Assembly (NCBI GenBank): GCA_017499595.2
Contig: CM038999.1
Coordinates: 1,426,001-1,490,000, forward strand
Direction: 5' to 3'
DNA: 64,000 bases
From: Psilocybe cubensis
Taxonomy: Eukaryota
The position numbers and the translations under genes were made by a program. Below the pieces are notes generated by a model. It did not search any database and was not told where the DNA came from. It was given only the letters and a program-made list of their open reading frames with translations. The stretch's first letter is position 1. Every line of letters begins with the position of its first letter. Shown one piece after another: positions 1 to 13,095 of the stretch.

Positions 1-1191
1 CGTTAGACGCATCGACATTAACAGAAAGCGAGCTTATTGGTAAGTGTCCTTCATTTAATTGATAACCCGATGTGTTTGATCATTTGCTCTGCTTGTGCCC
101 TTACAACAAGGTAATATATATATATTCTTGGTCGCAGGACATGAGGTAAGCGTATATGCCGCATCTTCCTAATGAAAACGTTTACCTTCAGTTCAATAGA
201 CTACAGCACACACGCTATGCTTCACATTTGCTCTGTTGGCGTTATATCCCGACGAACAGGAAAAATTGGTCGAACATATACGTTCCATCCTTCCAAACGG
301 TCAAAGCCCGGTATCTATTCTTGAGTACCCCTTAGCACAACATCTGCTTAAATTTCTTGTCAACAGACATATGAAGATATGCCTTTGTTGACTTACTCTA
401 TGGCGTAGGTCTTGATTAGTATCTTCGTTTTACAATGTTTTGACTCTATATACAGCGTGTTCTATGAGACTTTGAGGATGTTCCCTCCTGTTTGTTATCA
501 GTTCATTAAACTAGTCTTTATCCCAGTGTTCTAATGTCCTTCAGGTCACCGGTATTCCCAAAGAGGCAGCAGAAGATACAACTATTACTGTTGGTAACAA
601 AAAAGGCGAACAGACGACAATTCCTATTCCCAAAGGGGCCGACCTCACGTTATCCACTGTTGGATTACATTACAACCGTAAGTCCTTTTAATCAATTAAG
701 GTTTCCAACACAATACTAAATTACACTTTAAACAGCGAGATACTGGCATGATCCAGACTCATTTAAACCATCACGTTTTCTGGGTGACTGGCCGCGCGAT
801 GCATTCATACCTTTTAGTAGTGGTATGTCCTCAATTAAAGTTTGTTATACTGGTCAAGCTGATGCAATTCAGGTGCACGCGCTTGCATTGGCAGAAAGTG
901 AGTGTAACTAATCGCTTACATTCTTCGTTAAGCATCTTAACCATTATGAATCAGATTCTTCGAAACCGAAGGCATAGCCATATTAACCATGCTCGTCTCG
1001 CATTACAAGATAGCTATCAAAGAAGAACCTCAGTTCGCTTCCGAGTCCTTTGAACAACGCAAAGCTCGAGTGCTTTCATGTCGTGCAGGGCTTACTGTGA
1101 CGTAAGTATTCTCCACGTTTTCTTTCTTCCCATGTCTGAAGCCCATTTCAGTCCTATCCGTGTTCCTCTTACTTTCACGCGACGGATATAG
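1..1191 (+). CDS. Cytochrome P450, 3' part (truncated by window start), multi-exon
   Basis: Spliced exons give I-helix NIYIFLVAGHE/TTAHTLCFTF, K-helix YETLRMFPP, FKPSRF, heme motif FIPFSSG/ARACIGRK, and end PIRVPLTFTRRI* (TAG 1189-1191). Confidence 0.95.
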
Positions 1192-1528
1192 TCAAAGAAC
1201 CGCACCTTTTTGCTCCTGTCAATCTTTTAGAGTAATACACTACTTAGTGGTGCTTTTATGGTCAATGTATGCAATGTATACCACCCATTTGGGGTCTCAC
1301 TGTCGTCTTCATCCTTTTGCACAACTACGGTGACAATAATCATTACTACATCATGGAAATCGTAATATATTATTGTTAATTCGAACCTCTGCGTCTGGTT
1401 GCATTAATATTATCATTGTAGAAACCAACAGCAATGGAGGCAATTTCTTGAAAGCTATACATTTTTGCGCATCGATTCGTCTGAGTCGGAGGTACGTTAG
1501 AGCCTCGATTTGTCAATTGGACATACGG

Positions 1529-1577
1529 CGACGCGTCAAAGCGCGTCGGACACGTGACTAAACAAATTGACGCGTCG
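1529..1577. promoter_or_regulatory. 11-bp inverted repeat of ACGCGT-containing sites flanking a central CACGTGAC E-box, upstream of the second P450
   Basis: CGACGCGTCAA (1529-1539) and TTGACGCGTCG (1567-1577) are exact reverse complements. CACGTG is at 1551-1556, about 240 bp upstream of ATG 1816. Function is inferred. Confidence 0.5.
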
Positions 1578-1815
1578 GGCCATGCGCGGCGGATGCAATA
1601 AGAACGCCATTGAGTGGCGGTTAACTCGGCGATCATGGCAAACACAACTTGACGCAGACTTCGATTTCGAAGACTTTTTTTGACTCTTGGGCTGTCTAAG
1701 GGCGTTCTCTCTCCCACACCTGTCCATCATGGAATTGTCCCACGGACACCCAATATGTAACATACACCAGTCGCGAAGATATCAACCCATCTCCTTCACT
1801 TAAACCGTCAGCATC

Positions 1816-4282
1816 ATGCTTGGAACTCTGGGATCGATACTCTTCAGTTGTATTGCACTCTATGTCATTAACTCCTTGGTGAAATTTTGGAGTGCACTTC
1901 GCTCTATTGGGTGTGCCTTTTTCGTGAAAAAAATACAAGCTGCCACTGACATGGCCGTCTTCCAGTCATCTTTCAGGCTACCGTGTCGCATTCTCCCAGC
2001 ACAGTTTAGTTTCTCTATTGGGGAAAATACGCGGGATTACACCTGGAGGCAACCACTTCTTTGAGGACAAACATGATAGTGAGTTGCCTTTCTTCCGTGC
2101 GTCTCGTCACGCTGGTGCTCAAAAATATTCTTCAAGCTTTCCAAGAATGGGACATAAACTCGGTGGTAGGCCTTTTCCGACACAGCCTACCAACCCATTA
2201 CTGATTTTGTGTCACCAGGTGTCTGCCTTTCCAGAGCCATTGATCACTCTTACCGTAGCTGATGCGGATGCCATCAAAGTAAATCAATTTGATGATGTTG
2301 CGGCGGAATATTGATGAGTTTTTAGGAAATGACTTCTTCCAGAGCTCGCTTTCCAAAACCTGTATTTCAATATAAGGTTTTGACTTTCTTTGGACGCAAC
2401 ATTGTCGCATCCGAAGGGGAGGAGTGGAAGAAATACAGGAAAATATCTGCTCCAGCATTTTCTGATGTGCGCCAGTTCTTTATATACCAACATATTGGCC
2501 ACCAATTCTAACATTGACTTAGCGTAACAACAAATTGGTTTGGGATGAAACTATACTGATAGTGAACTCTCTGTTCAACGACGTCTGGAAAGATAAAGAC
2601 ATCATTTCTCTTGATCATTGCGTTGACATTACGCTTCCAGTGGGTGTTTGGAAGACATCTTTACACAAACTTACCTGATATATTGCCATCACCTTTAAGA
2701 TTGCACTCGCTGTTATCAGTGCTGCAGGTAAAACCATCCAATCTTGTCTTTATCTGTCACTCAATGTACGTTTCAAGGATTTGGAAAAAGAAGTTCGTGG
2801 TTTGACGACGATGAAATACCGAATGGCCATAGCATGACGTTTAAACAGTCCCTGCATATTGCGTCTACCGATATCTTTTTCAAATTCTTTTTTTCGGGCA
2901 CAATATTAAGATATGGCACTGCTAGGATGCGAAACGTGCAAATTGCTTTTGATGAATTAAGTGTGAGTGTTTCTTGTTTCAGTTGAGTGTCATGCTCTGA
3001 ACAACGGACAGCTTTACATATCAGAAATGATTAAAGAGCGACAATTATCAGAGAAAGTAGAGCGCTATGACTTGTTTTCCAGCTTGTTAGAAGCCAACTC
3101 CGACGATGGCGAAGAGGTTCGATTGACGGAAAGTGAATTAAGGGGTAAGCAGCGATGTTCGATCCGGTTGTATGGGATTGAATTGTTGATGCCAATCTGA
3201 TTGAAGGCAACATTTTTATCTATCTTATTGCGGGACACGAAGTATAAACAAATCTTCTACAAGACCTGAGCCATGCTAATTCAAACTCATAGACTACCGC
3301 CCACACCCTTTGCTTCACTTTTGCACTTCTTGCCTTCCACGAAGATGAACAAGAAAAGCTATACCAACATATCAAATCCATTTTGTTAAACGGTCAAAAT
3401 CCGGTTAGTTGCCACCTCTGACCAGCCCTTTCGTTTTGGTGTTTAACTTCTTGCAGTCGTATGAAGATATGCCACGATTGACTTACTCTATGGCGTAAGT
3501 TTTGGAAATCTCTTAACGCATAACAGTGTATCTGAAGATCTGGTTTAGTGTCTTTTATGAGACCCTCCGCCTTTTCCCACCTGTAGGGTCTTTTTAGATA
3601 TCTAGACATTGTAATCGCTAACGAAAAAGCAGGTTGTCAATATTCCCAAAGTGGCTGGCGAAGACACTGTACTTACTGTGGGCAATGTTCACGGCGAAAA
3701 ACGATCCTTCCCTATCGCCAAAGGAACTCGTGTAGCTATAAACACACCTGGCCTTCACTTTAATCGTATGCTATCTTCAACCTGCCTTCACTTCAATATT
3801 CTGGAACACTTTATTTACAGCTCGCTACTGGGATGACCCTACATCATTCAAACCTTCGCGATTCTTGAAGTCAGACTGGAATCGTGACGCTTTCCTCCCT
3901 TTCAGTGCAGGTAATCTATTTTCAATGCATGTATTTGTTCTACTGATTAGTATTCCCATTGTAAGGTGCTCGTGCATGCCTGGGAAGAAGGTAGATACTC
4001 GCAGCCTCTCCAAGAAGCTAGTTTGTCTAACACGACTCTTTCAGGTTCTTTGAGACGGAAGGGATAGCAGTTCTGACGATGTTGGTGTCCCGCTACAAGA
4101 TCAGTATCAAACAAGAGCCACAGTTTGCTGGGGAGACCATCGAACAATGCAAGGAGAGAGTTTTTAGAACGAGCAACATGCTGACTTTAACGTAAGTAAT
4201 CCATGAATCGCCACACCGTAGGCCGCTGAAAACATTTTCAAGGCCTGTCCGAGTTCCATTAACTTTCACTCGGAGGACATAG
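1816..4282 (+). CDS. Cytochrome P450, complete, tandem paralogue of the upstream P450
   Basis: N-terminal TM anchor MLGTLGSILFSCIALYVINSLV; GRNIVASEGEEWKKYRK; NIFIYLIAGHE/TTAHT; YETLRLFPP; FKPSRF; FLPFSAG/ARACLGRR; TAG at 4280-4282. Intron positions match the first copy. Confidence 0.95.
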
Positions 4283-4729
4283 GACGCAAACCACTCTAAT
4301 TTGCGATCATTGTAAATCATTCGGTCGTTCACACAGGAAGGAGGGAATATGTTAAGTGCAGTGTATATGTCGACGCCAATAGTTTTTACCATTTAGCTTC
4401 AGTTTCGCTGTCTTGTATATTTCATTTTAATGTTGATTGTGACTGCTGCAAAGGGAAACACAGTGCAGGATTCGATGAAAGGCAAATCAACCAGCGTTTC
4501 GTCGAAAGAGCTAGTCTCAAGAGTGACCTACAGTTGGAGATTGGTTGGCTAACCTTGATGTCGATCGACAAAGAAAAAATAGACAACAAAATTGGATTGA
4601 ACAAGCGGATCGCAATTAAACAAACGCTAGGCATTATTGGAGCCAATGACACAAGTAACGACGCCCATGATGCATTGACTAGATTTTGCTTTGTTGTCCG
4701 CATAAAAATAATGACGATCAACGGGATAC

Positions 4730-6212
4730 CTAGGACCATCGCCCGGGTACGACTGGATGTGATGAAGAAAGGCCTCCGTCGACAGCAATGTTCTGGCCAT
4801 TGACATAACTAGAGTCATCTGAAGGAAACCCGAGCAATCAGATTACAGGCAAGTTATTCCCATTTTAATGCTACTCACCAGACGCTAGAAAGAGGGCAGC
4901 ATTTGCAATTTCTACAAAATATGAAATTAGATTAAATTTGTTTGCAAGTATACTCCAACATAATGAATACCTTGTGCAACACCATATCGCCCCAAAGGAT
5001 TCAACTGCCCGATTTTGCCAGTTGTACCACGCTGACGAGCAAATTCAAAAACGAAATCTGTCATGCCAGTTTCAATAAGTCCTGGACAGATAGAGTTCAC
5101 CCGGATATCAGTCCTTTGTAATTGGCAGGCCGAATTTTTGGCCATTGAATTTACGCTATCAAAATATCAAAAAGTGTTCTTTGGAGGCCGCTCTTCGAAC
5201 TCACGCAGCTTTGCTTGCGCTATCTATAACAAAGTGACATCTCAGTGATGCAATAGTAGTGAAGAAATCGACCAACTCACAATCAACGGAACCAGCTCCA
5301 GATCTAAGCCCAGCAGCTATACAGAGTGTGTTAGTGAAAATAAAGTTCGAGGGATATCTTTGCTTACTAGAAGCAGTCATAATTATACTACCCCTACTGG
5401 CATGCTTTCCTCTTGACGCGTTAGTTTTCTGCATGGCAGCTGACCCATACTTTACAGCAAGGAAACATCTAGAACGTACAATGGTCAGCATAAAAAACAT
5501 AGGGAACTGTCTAATGCACTCACGAGAGCGCGTTGATGCGCATACTTTTCATATAGGTTTCCACTGATGTATCTTGTAAGGAATCCTTGGAGGCCCAGCC
5601 AGCCTAATGCCGAATTACGTCTAAGACGCCTCTAGCTTTGGAAATTGGCAAGCTTACATTGGCAAAGAAGACGTCGAGTCTCCCTTCTTCACGGAGAGCC
5701 TGCTCACAGAGGCCTGATATAGCCTTCTCGTCGGCGGCATCGGCTTGCAGAGTTGTAACCTAGTCATTGACAATACAATGAGCACGGCACCATGGGGTAG
5801 ACAAATCCTTCCTACCTTAACGTCAGGGTACTTCTTTTCAATAGTAGACTTTAAGTCAGGCAGATTGGTAGGATCAAAATCCAGGAGATAGAGGTGCCTT
5901 GCTCCTGTAAAACTTTGTGAGTACGACGGGCTCTTCCTCCAGATCGAAATGTAGGCCCACCTTCATGAGCGAAAGTCAAAGCTGCAGCACGACTAAGGCT
6001 CAACATGTCAATGACTCCCTCGCATGCTAGACACAAGAGACCCACCCAATACCCAACAGTGATCCGACTCCTGTGATAATGCACACCTTATCCTTTAGTT
6101 TTCCTGTTCGTGGTGCAGTGTCGAGTTGGCTTTGAATTTGCTTGATGCGTGCGGCTGCTACAGTGTTCTGCTCTTGAGTATTCTTCAAGGTCCTGGCTTT
6201 AGTGTTATCCAT
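4730..6212 (-). CDS. Short-chain dehydrogenase/reductase (classical SDR)
   Basis: VCIITGVGSLLGIG Rossmann motif, LDVFFAN/AG, GSIIMTAS, DY/SASKAA (YxxxK), IRVNSICPGLIET, SYVNGQNIAVDGG; ends PGRWS*. Confidence 0.92.
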
Positions 6213-6721
6213 GCTATATGAGTAGGCGAGGCGGGAAGGAAAGTGGGGACTTGGAAGGTGGGACTCCTTGATTGCTCATTGAGCAAGAACCGAATGATAT
6301 TAATAGCAAAAGGGGGTCCGGTTTACTTGCCTTGCCGGCCGGAACCTTTTGGTCAGCTTCGAACTGCCCACCTGCTTCTACCTGCTTTGCTCCTGTCACT
6401 TGAGAAATGCTTGAGTACCAGAATGAAGAAATCTCTTTCAAATCCTTTTCAAATTGTGCGATGCGCACAAGACGTAACCTGACACGACTCCCTGGACATC
6501 TGCTAACGTGACTTTGGATGGATGTAAACCAGGAAAGACCCCGAGAGGCTCAGCCTGTAGCCAAGTTCAAGAGACAGAGGGTATGTCGGGTATGTTGCGC
6601 AAGGGAGCGGGCGTTTACAGGAATGTAATTTGATACATATGGTCAAGGTCTGTGCAATTGGCGACGATATTGTACAACTTTAAAGGTTCAATTTACTATA
6701 CAAGCTTTGCATTGACACCTA

Positions 6722-9186
6722 TCATATATAGCCAATCTCCTCCGTTGCCCAGCCCCCGATCCACGCTGTGATATGACCACGTTCTAGAATCTGGGGTCTC
6801 GTTAAATGTTCGTCCTCGATCTCGGACAACTTGCTTCGTCCAAAATCAATCAATCTAAAGCTCCATTTCTCTCCTAGACCATCTCTCTTCGCAGCGTTCG
6901 CAGCTCTCTCGGATGGCCATGCACTCAGAGGACCGGGCTGTCGCAAGATGTTTCGTCTTGCTACCGAGCCATGAAGCCAACCCTCCTCGTGGAGACGATA
7001 GATCAACGACCCAGATTGGTTTCTGAACACACAGTCATTAGTTACAATAGTGAATAAACTATAAAATCGAAAACCCTCACATGTCATCGACTGAAAGGTT
7101 TCTAGGGACAATCGGTTGCCCGCAATCTTCAAGCAGAAGCAAAGGACTGAGGTATGCACTACTTTCTGTTTCATCTTCACCTTCAGGTTCTGACAGCTTT
7201 GGCGACTTAGTTTCGACGACGTAGTAGCCATAAAACTGTGGGACCAAGGCTTCCACAGGAACTGGATCATGCATGGGCCTCACAATATTGTACCCAGTCC
7301 AATGTTCAAAGAAATGATGAGGGAATCTCTGATAGTTCTCGGCCTCGTTGGCTAGGTGGGCGTCGCCTTGTTTCGACAATTTAGCGGCGACATACACCTT
7401 CGAAGTCAGTGGGTGAATTGCTCTTTCATGACCGCGAATGTGGGCACAGTACGGTCCTTTTGAGAGGTCTGGGAACTGCACTCGACTTTGAATTACGCGG
7501 AACGGGCCTTCGTATTCGAGGCGCTCCTCGTATTTCCCAGGTTTGATTATGTACGGCGCCATCTTCCCATCAATTGGGTCTTCCATCTTAGCCACTGCAG
7601 GCAACACTTCTGTTGTCTTCAGAACCAATCTTCCGCTTTTTTCATCCCACTTAGGATCGCGCCTTTCGCCGTTTGGTCCATCTTGTTCACGAAGGATGCT
7701 TTCCATGTCTTCGAGGACACATTCTTGACAAAGATCCTCATTCACCAAGAAGTTACGAGGGAGTTCTAATTCAGTCTTGTATACGAAGGAGTGATTCCCT
7801 TCACCGATCGTGCCAGCTGGGGCAATGTATAGATGCGCTTCTTCGGGTTGTTCGCGTATCGGTCGGAGAGGAAAGACGACGTAAATAGGCGGCTTAATAG
7901 GCCCTGGTTCGTCTACGGAAGTATCTTGAACCTCGTTAATCATGAAACCGTCAGGCAGCTTATTTCTGGAATGAGGATCAGCTATAAAATCGTCGTAGAC
8001 TCTGCATCTCTCTTCGTATTCGCTCTCCAGCTTCTCCATATCCTTCATTCTGCGGATATGGTTAGTTTCCGAATGTTGTAGCCTATATATATGCGTAATG
8101 TCTTCTTTCTCGTTCCATTTGACGAGTTTCTCGGCCCTAAAGTCTTCGCTATCCCTGTCTACTTCAACCACTTTGGCGGCTAGCAACTTCCAAGGATCAT
8201 GAACGACAAGTCTCTCGGGGAGAAGGCACTGCGGAATGTACTGCTGTAAAGTCGGGATACGCGTCATGTGCTGTTGAGAAAAGGGCGGAATAGGCCACGG
8301 GCTAGGGTATGCACTTGGGTCGAAAGGGGAGGCGGGTGGCCACTGCGTGTGTGTATTATTCAACAAATGTATTATTGAAGGAAAAAACGATGGAACATAC
8401 AGGTTGGGGAAGTTCATAGCGATCCTTTTCCTTATCCTTGGACCACGATTTCTGGAGCGACCACTTGGCATTAATATGCATTGTCTCGTTCTTCTGAATC
8501 AATTTGCCTATATCGCATGGTTCGACGGTGGTAGGTTCTGCTTCTGATTTCTGCTGCTCCACCAAGTCTTGTGCGAAAGTTTCTTTATGTTGATTAACCC
8601 AGTTTACCATTTTGCTTCCGCTCGTAAAGGTCACCAAGCCAGTAACACCTGGCACTCTGGACACGCTGAAGAAATCGAAGAGAGTCTCTCCCCATATTTG
8701 TAGGCCATTTCCTGCCACCTTCCCCATGGCACTGTTGTCGTGAGTGATAACAGGACCCTGAGGGTCTCGCGGCCACTGCTGGAAGACGAGGCGGTGCTTG
8801 GTTCTGGGATGGTTGAGGACCTTCTGACGGTACTCTTCAATCTGGTCAGGGGTGGCAGGGTCCGTTGGACGATAACGCGATCGGACATCCTCTGGGGCAC
8901 GGGAAATGATTATGTCCTGCAGGAACCGTTCGGGGGACCTGAAGTTGCTTGGATCTTCCGATTCATCGACCATCGTAACGTCTTTCGAGTTTTCATCGTG
9001 TATCGTGGATGTGCCACTCGTTGTGGCACCATCGCCAATCGTCGACGACGACGCGATAGTCTCTACTATTACATCTTTATTGGCAGTAGCATCTGTCATA
9101 ACATCTATTGGCGCGTCTCAGTAACAAAATTTCTCCAGGGAGGATGCATAAAGAAGCTCACAGTCAGGTACAACTTCACCCTCCAT
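6722..9186 (-). CDS. Atypical protein-kinase-like protein, probable pseudokinase; 3 coding introns plus a probable 5'UTR intron (9233-9291)
   Basis: Exon 1 MEGEVVPD joins ORF 8356..9099; intron 8343-8400 joins ORF 7077..8471; the last exon is in ORF 6722..7270. Motifs: IGEGNHSFVY, YVAAK, NEAENY, LLLEDCG, WLHGSVARRNIL, LIDFGRS. Confidence 0.8.
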
Positions 9187-12070
9187 TGTGGCATACAATG
9201 CAACGAGGTGTAAAAATGACGAGAAAAGGTATCTGATCATTATAATGTAGATCGTGGGTCAGTGCTTTGGCGTACAAAAGATGTCACTTACTATGTTGCT
9301 CGAGTCTTTACAGCGCAAATGTGAGTGGCACAATGGTAGATTATCAGTGTAAGAAAGAAAGATGCGTGATGGAAGAATTTGCCTTCAGTCGCGTCCACGC
9401 GTGATTTAGGGGTGCACGGGATTCTATTTTTGGAAACCAATAATGACGATCACTTTTATGGACTCTGTCGCGAAAAGCCTCCTTCATTGACCGCGGCGGG
9501 TCCTCTACATATTCAGCAGAGTCTAGTAAGCTGATTATGCCCCGAGAGCTAGAACATTTCCTGAAAAGTACTTATGTGCATACATTTTTCAGTCAGGCCC
9601 GACAGCAGTGGGGCTTCGCGTATACCTCCCACCTATCACCTCTATAGTGACAGATGCTCAAAATAATGCACTTGGCGGCTCAGCTGCCTCCAGAAAGTAA
9701 ACTTCAAAGCTTAATACGCAAATAACAAGCTTTGTTCGCTTCCCAGCTCTTGGAAATAAATTTGAACATATTTAAGCGCTCCTGCTAGGGAGTAGGTGAG
9801 TCTACAAGAACCATCACGAATCGTCCAAGGACGAGAGTCGGAGTGGACATCACAGATTTGGATTCGATTCTAGGGTCGTATTTCCGCCAATGCATGGTAA
9901 CCCGACACATACGTGCGTCAAAAACCACGTTGCCTGAAATAATCACGTACATTCGATATCCTTGGCCAGGGTTGTCGGGTTATCTCTCAGCACCTTGTAC
10001 GGCGTCGAAAGGTACTGTGCTTCAATATGAATGAGCACTTACCGGCGCAGCAAAATAACATTTACGGCGTCGGCGTCGAAAGGCACTTGAGCTCACGACT
10101 GAGCTGCTAATTGGCGATAAATACCTCCACCTGGTACCATGGTGTGGTTTGCTTAGCAGAGTATGGGCATTTTCACATTTCTGGGATGCATGAATATGGC
10201 CCATGAGAGATGCTCATATAGCAATTTTATCCGAGCGCCAAGATCCAAAGTTTTCGAGTAACCACTCACCAGCTAACTTGTTCACAATCCACAATCCCGA
10301 ATGCTTTCCCCCCTATGCACAACGCTACATCCTTTGTCAAGGAGCGCTCGCCTCCGAATCGAATTGTGAAAACCGGGATCTTCGCCAATTCTGTTCGACC
10401 TGATGACTGAAAGAGGTAGGAGTAAGATCGCAGTTGAAATCCATAGTGGCTTCAAGTCGTCTCTAGCCTTTTACGAAAAGCATAACGCAGGTCATCCTAA
10501 ACCCGCGAAGGCCTCATCTCCGTTCGGCGCCACTGTCATGGCCAACTTGAATTCCAGACGTACATATTCGGAAAGGCTATTCCACATATATCAGCGGCCA
10601 ACTCCTCCAAGGCATATGCAAACGCTTCCCTGTACAGCGCTTTCCTCCTTCTAGCATTCACCACCGTGGCCAGGGGGGGATTCTTAATTCAAATCCTCGT
10701 TCTTCTCAAACCCATTGAATTATGCGCTTTCGTGAGCACGGGGATCTTTGAGGAAGGAGGATCTTCGGGGGCGGAGGGTACGCTACCTTCTTGCGCCCCG
10801 GGCGCCCGCCGCCCCGCGAGGCTCGCCAGCTTTACGATGTGCACCCATTCCAAAGGAAAATCCAGTACGTATGATGAAGTGATGGGCAGGCGCTTGGTAG
10901 GCGTCGGTACGCATTGTCGCTTTTCTTTTTCTTGTTCGTTCAGGGCCATGAAAATCGCGATTCGCGTTTAGATCACCATTTAGGCTTCGGCATCTGAAGC
11001 GGTAACTTTGATCATTGGTCCGCATTATGAAATAAATGCGAAAGGACGCCGGGGAAGGGAGGCTCGGTCAGCCTCAGGTCCAAGGCTCCATACATAGTTC
11101 AAGGGTATACCTCTTGACGAGCACAGCCATATTAGAAGCTAACAGAAGTCACGAAGATTGAAATTCGAGCCAACGAAATTGATAACAGTGAGAATCGAGG
11201 CGCAGTTGAGGCAAGCTCGTCGCTGAAAGATGACGGATGAGTAGCACACATGATTATAGGTTTGTTATATGTGGTAAGAGTTATTTTACAAATCGCACTT
11301 AGCACCGTAAGGGTAGATGAAGGAATGGGTCCTGTAGTGGGCTCGGAATAACGCCACCAGATGGTATTTCATAGGAAATTTATCAGTGTTTGGTATGTAT
11401 GTATTTCGCGTTTGTCGCTCAACAAATACCTATACTCCTTGGAGAAAAGAGTCGTCAAATTGTTGTTCGCAATGGAACGACTTGGCCCGAGTGCATAACG
11501 CCAACCTTAAAGTTATAGCATGACATGCATTTACCATTACCCACCGGACTATCTAACTAAAAACCTTGACGGCTTCGATTTCGCACCAGCTCGGGGCTTG
11601 TCAAAAGAACTAATGAATAGTGTGCATATTTAACACAACATATCATTGTAGACTGAGGGCCAGGCTCAGCTGTCCAATCCATGGAGACGAGGGGTAGAAA
11701 GTTTTCGCACAGTGATGAATCCTAGACTTGTATACCCTCTGGGAAAGGGAACAAGGTAGGACTCGGAACGTGGAGGATTGACGCAACTGCAAATGATGAT
11801 TCTTCCAGATGAAAAGATGATCAAGCGAAAACATGGGTGAGTGATAAATATACAGTGTGTCCAATGCCTGGAAAACGCTGGGAGCCATGCACTTTTCCGG
11901 TTACAGTAGCAAGTCGCATCCCGCGCAATAGTGATGGGGATAGGCAAAAATAAAGAAGGTGAACCGAATATACCACACTGCTTTCCCCTCTGCGTTTCCC
12001 GTCCGAAAATCAGAAAGGTAATGAACGTCGGTGACAGGTCCCGTTAAAGACCCGCCCGGTCCACAGAGCA

Positions 12071-12927
12071 TTAGCGCTTGGAGGTGTGTCGTTTGCCGCC
12101 TGGAGTTTTTGATTTACGTGATGCCTTTCCTCCAGCGAGTTCTGCTTTCTCCGTTCTCCTCCTCCGCTGCTTTATCTGCTCTCTGCGCCGGGCATCTTTA
12201 GTCTCGTACCGGATTTTTTTCTCCCTGGGCTTTGATTTTTTCTTTGATGGGGCATGGGGAGATTCTTTGGCAGGCGGTAGTCTTGACGATTTTGCTTGAG
12301 AGGGAATTGGTTTTGATGAAGGAATTGGAACGTCGGATTTGGCAGGCCCATGGATAATGGTATCAGGATCAAAATCTTCAACGACTGTTACAGTCGCCAA
12401 CACTTCTTCGTCCTCGTACTCATCGGCATGCTCTTTGCCGTCCTGATCTGAAACGCTGATGCCAGTCCACTCCTCGTCCTCTGGCAGAACATGAGCCAAA
12501 TAGCACTGCAGAAAGAGAGCAAAAAAGACGGACCAACTACACCGCCGTATGCCTTTTCTACCTGGGCTGCATTCTGGGCGGCCTGTTCGCGCAATGCTTG
12601 CCGTTGCTGGTATGAAGCGAGTAAGAATGGAGCGTGTGGAAAAGCAAGACAGACATACCTCGCGACGAGACTCCAACCTCTCCTGCTTCTCTCGCTCTTT
12701 GGCCTTTGCACGAGCCGCCTCGGCCTTTGCAAGCTTTCGCTTGTGGAAGCCGGTAAGAAATTCCCTGGAGAAGAGTAAGTAGATGGCAGACGAGAGGAAA
12801 GAAGGATGTACCTGCGAGCAGCATCGTCGAAGATGACCTCCTTGAGCTGGTCGCGCTTTGCACGTTTCTTTTGTGCGACGAGGGAGTGAGCGCGGGTGAG
12901 GAGAGCAAAGTTGTTGGTGGAAGACAT
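12071..12927 (-). CDS. RRP17: Ribosomal RNA-processing protein 17 (Nop25/NOL12 family)
   Basis: EVIFDDAARR/EFLTGFHKRK signature, charged coiled coil, ATVTVVEDFD, basic C-terminal tail; 3 introns. Confidence 0.88.
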
Positions 12928-13095
12928 TGAAGCAAAATGTTTGTCAGCGGGTCCCTGGCAAGGTCTCGCGCACGCGACAACCCCTTTTGGGAGTAGTAGA
13001 ATGGCCGAATCGGGGAATTGGAGGATGGATCTCGATCTGGACAAGTAGATATGTATAAAGTGGCAGAGGTGATAACTGAGAGAGGAGCAGCCGCC

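Noticed and set aside
8343-8471. Apparent frameshift between ORFs 8356..9099 and 7077..8471
   Set aside because: Explained by a canonical 58-nt GTATGT...CAG intron (8343-8400).
10395-10445. CTGATGA...GAAA resembling a hammerhead ribozyme core
   Set aside because: Stem II does not close next to the core and no stems I/III or cleavage triplet were found.
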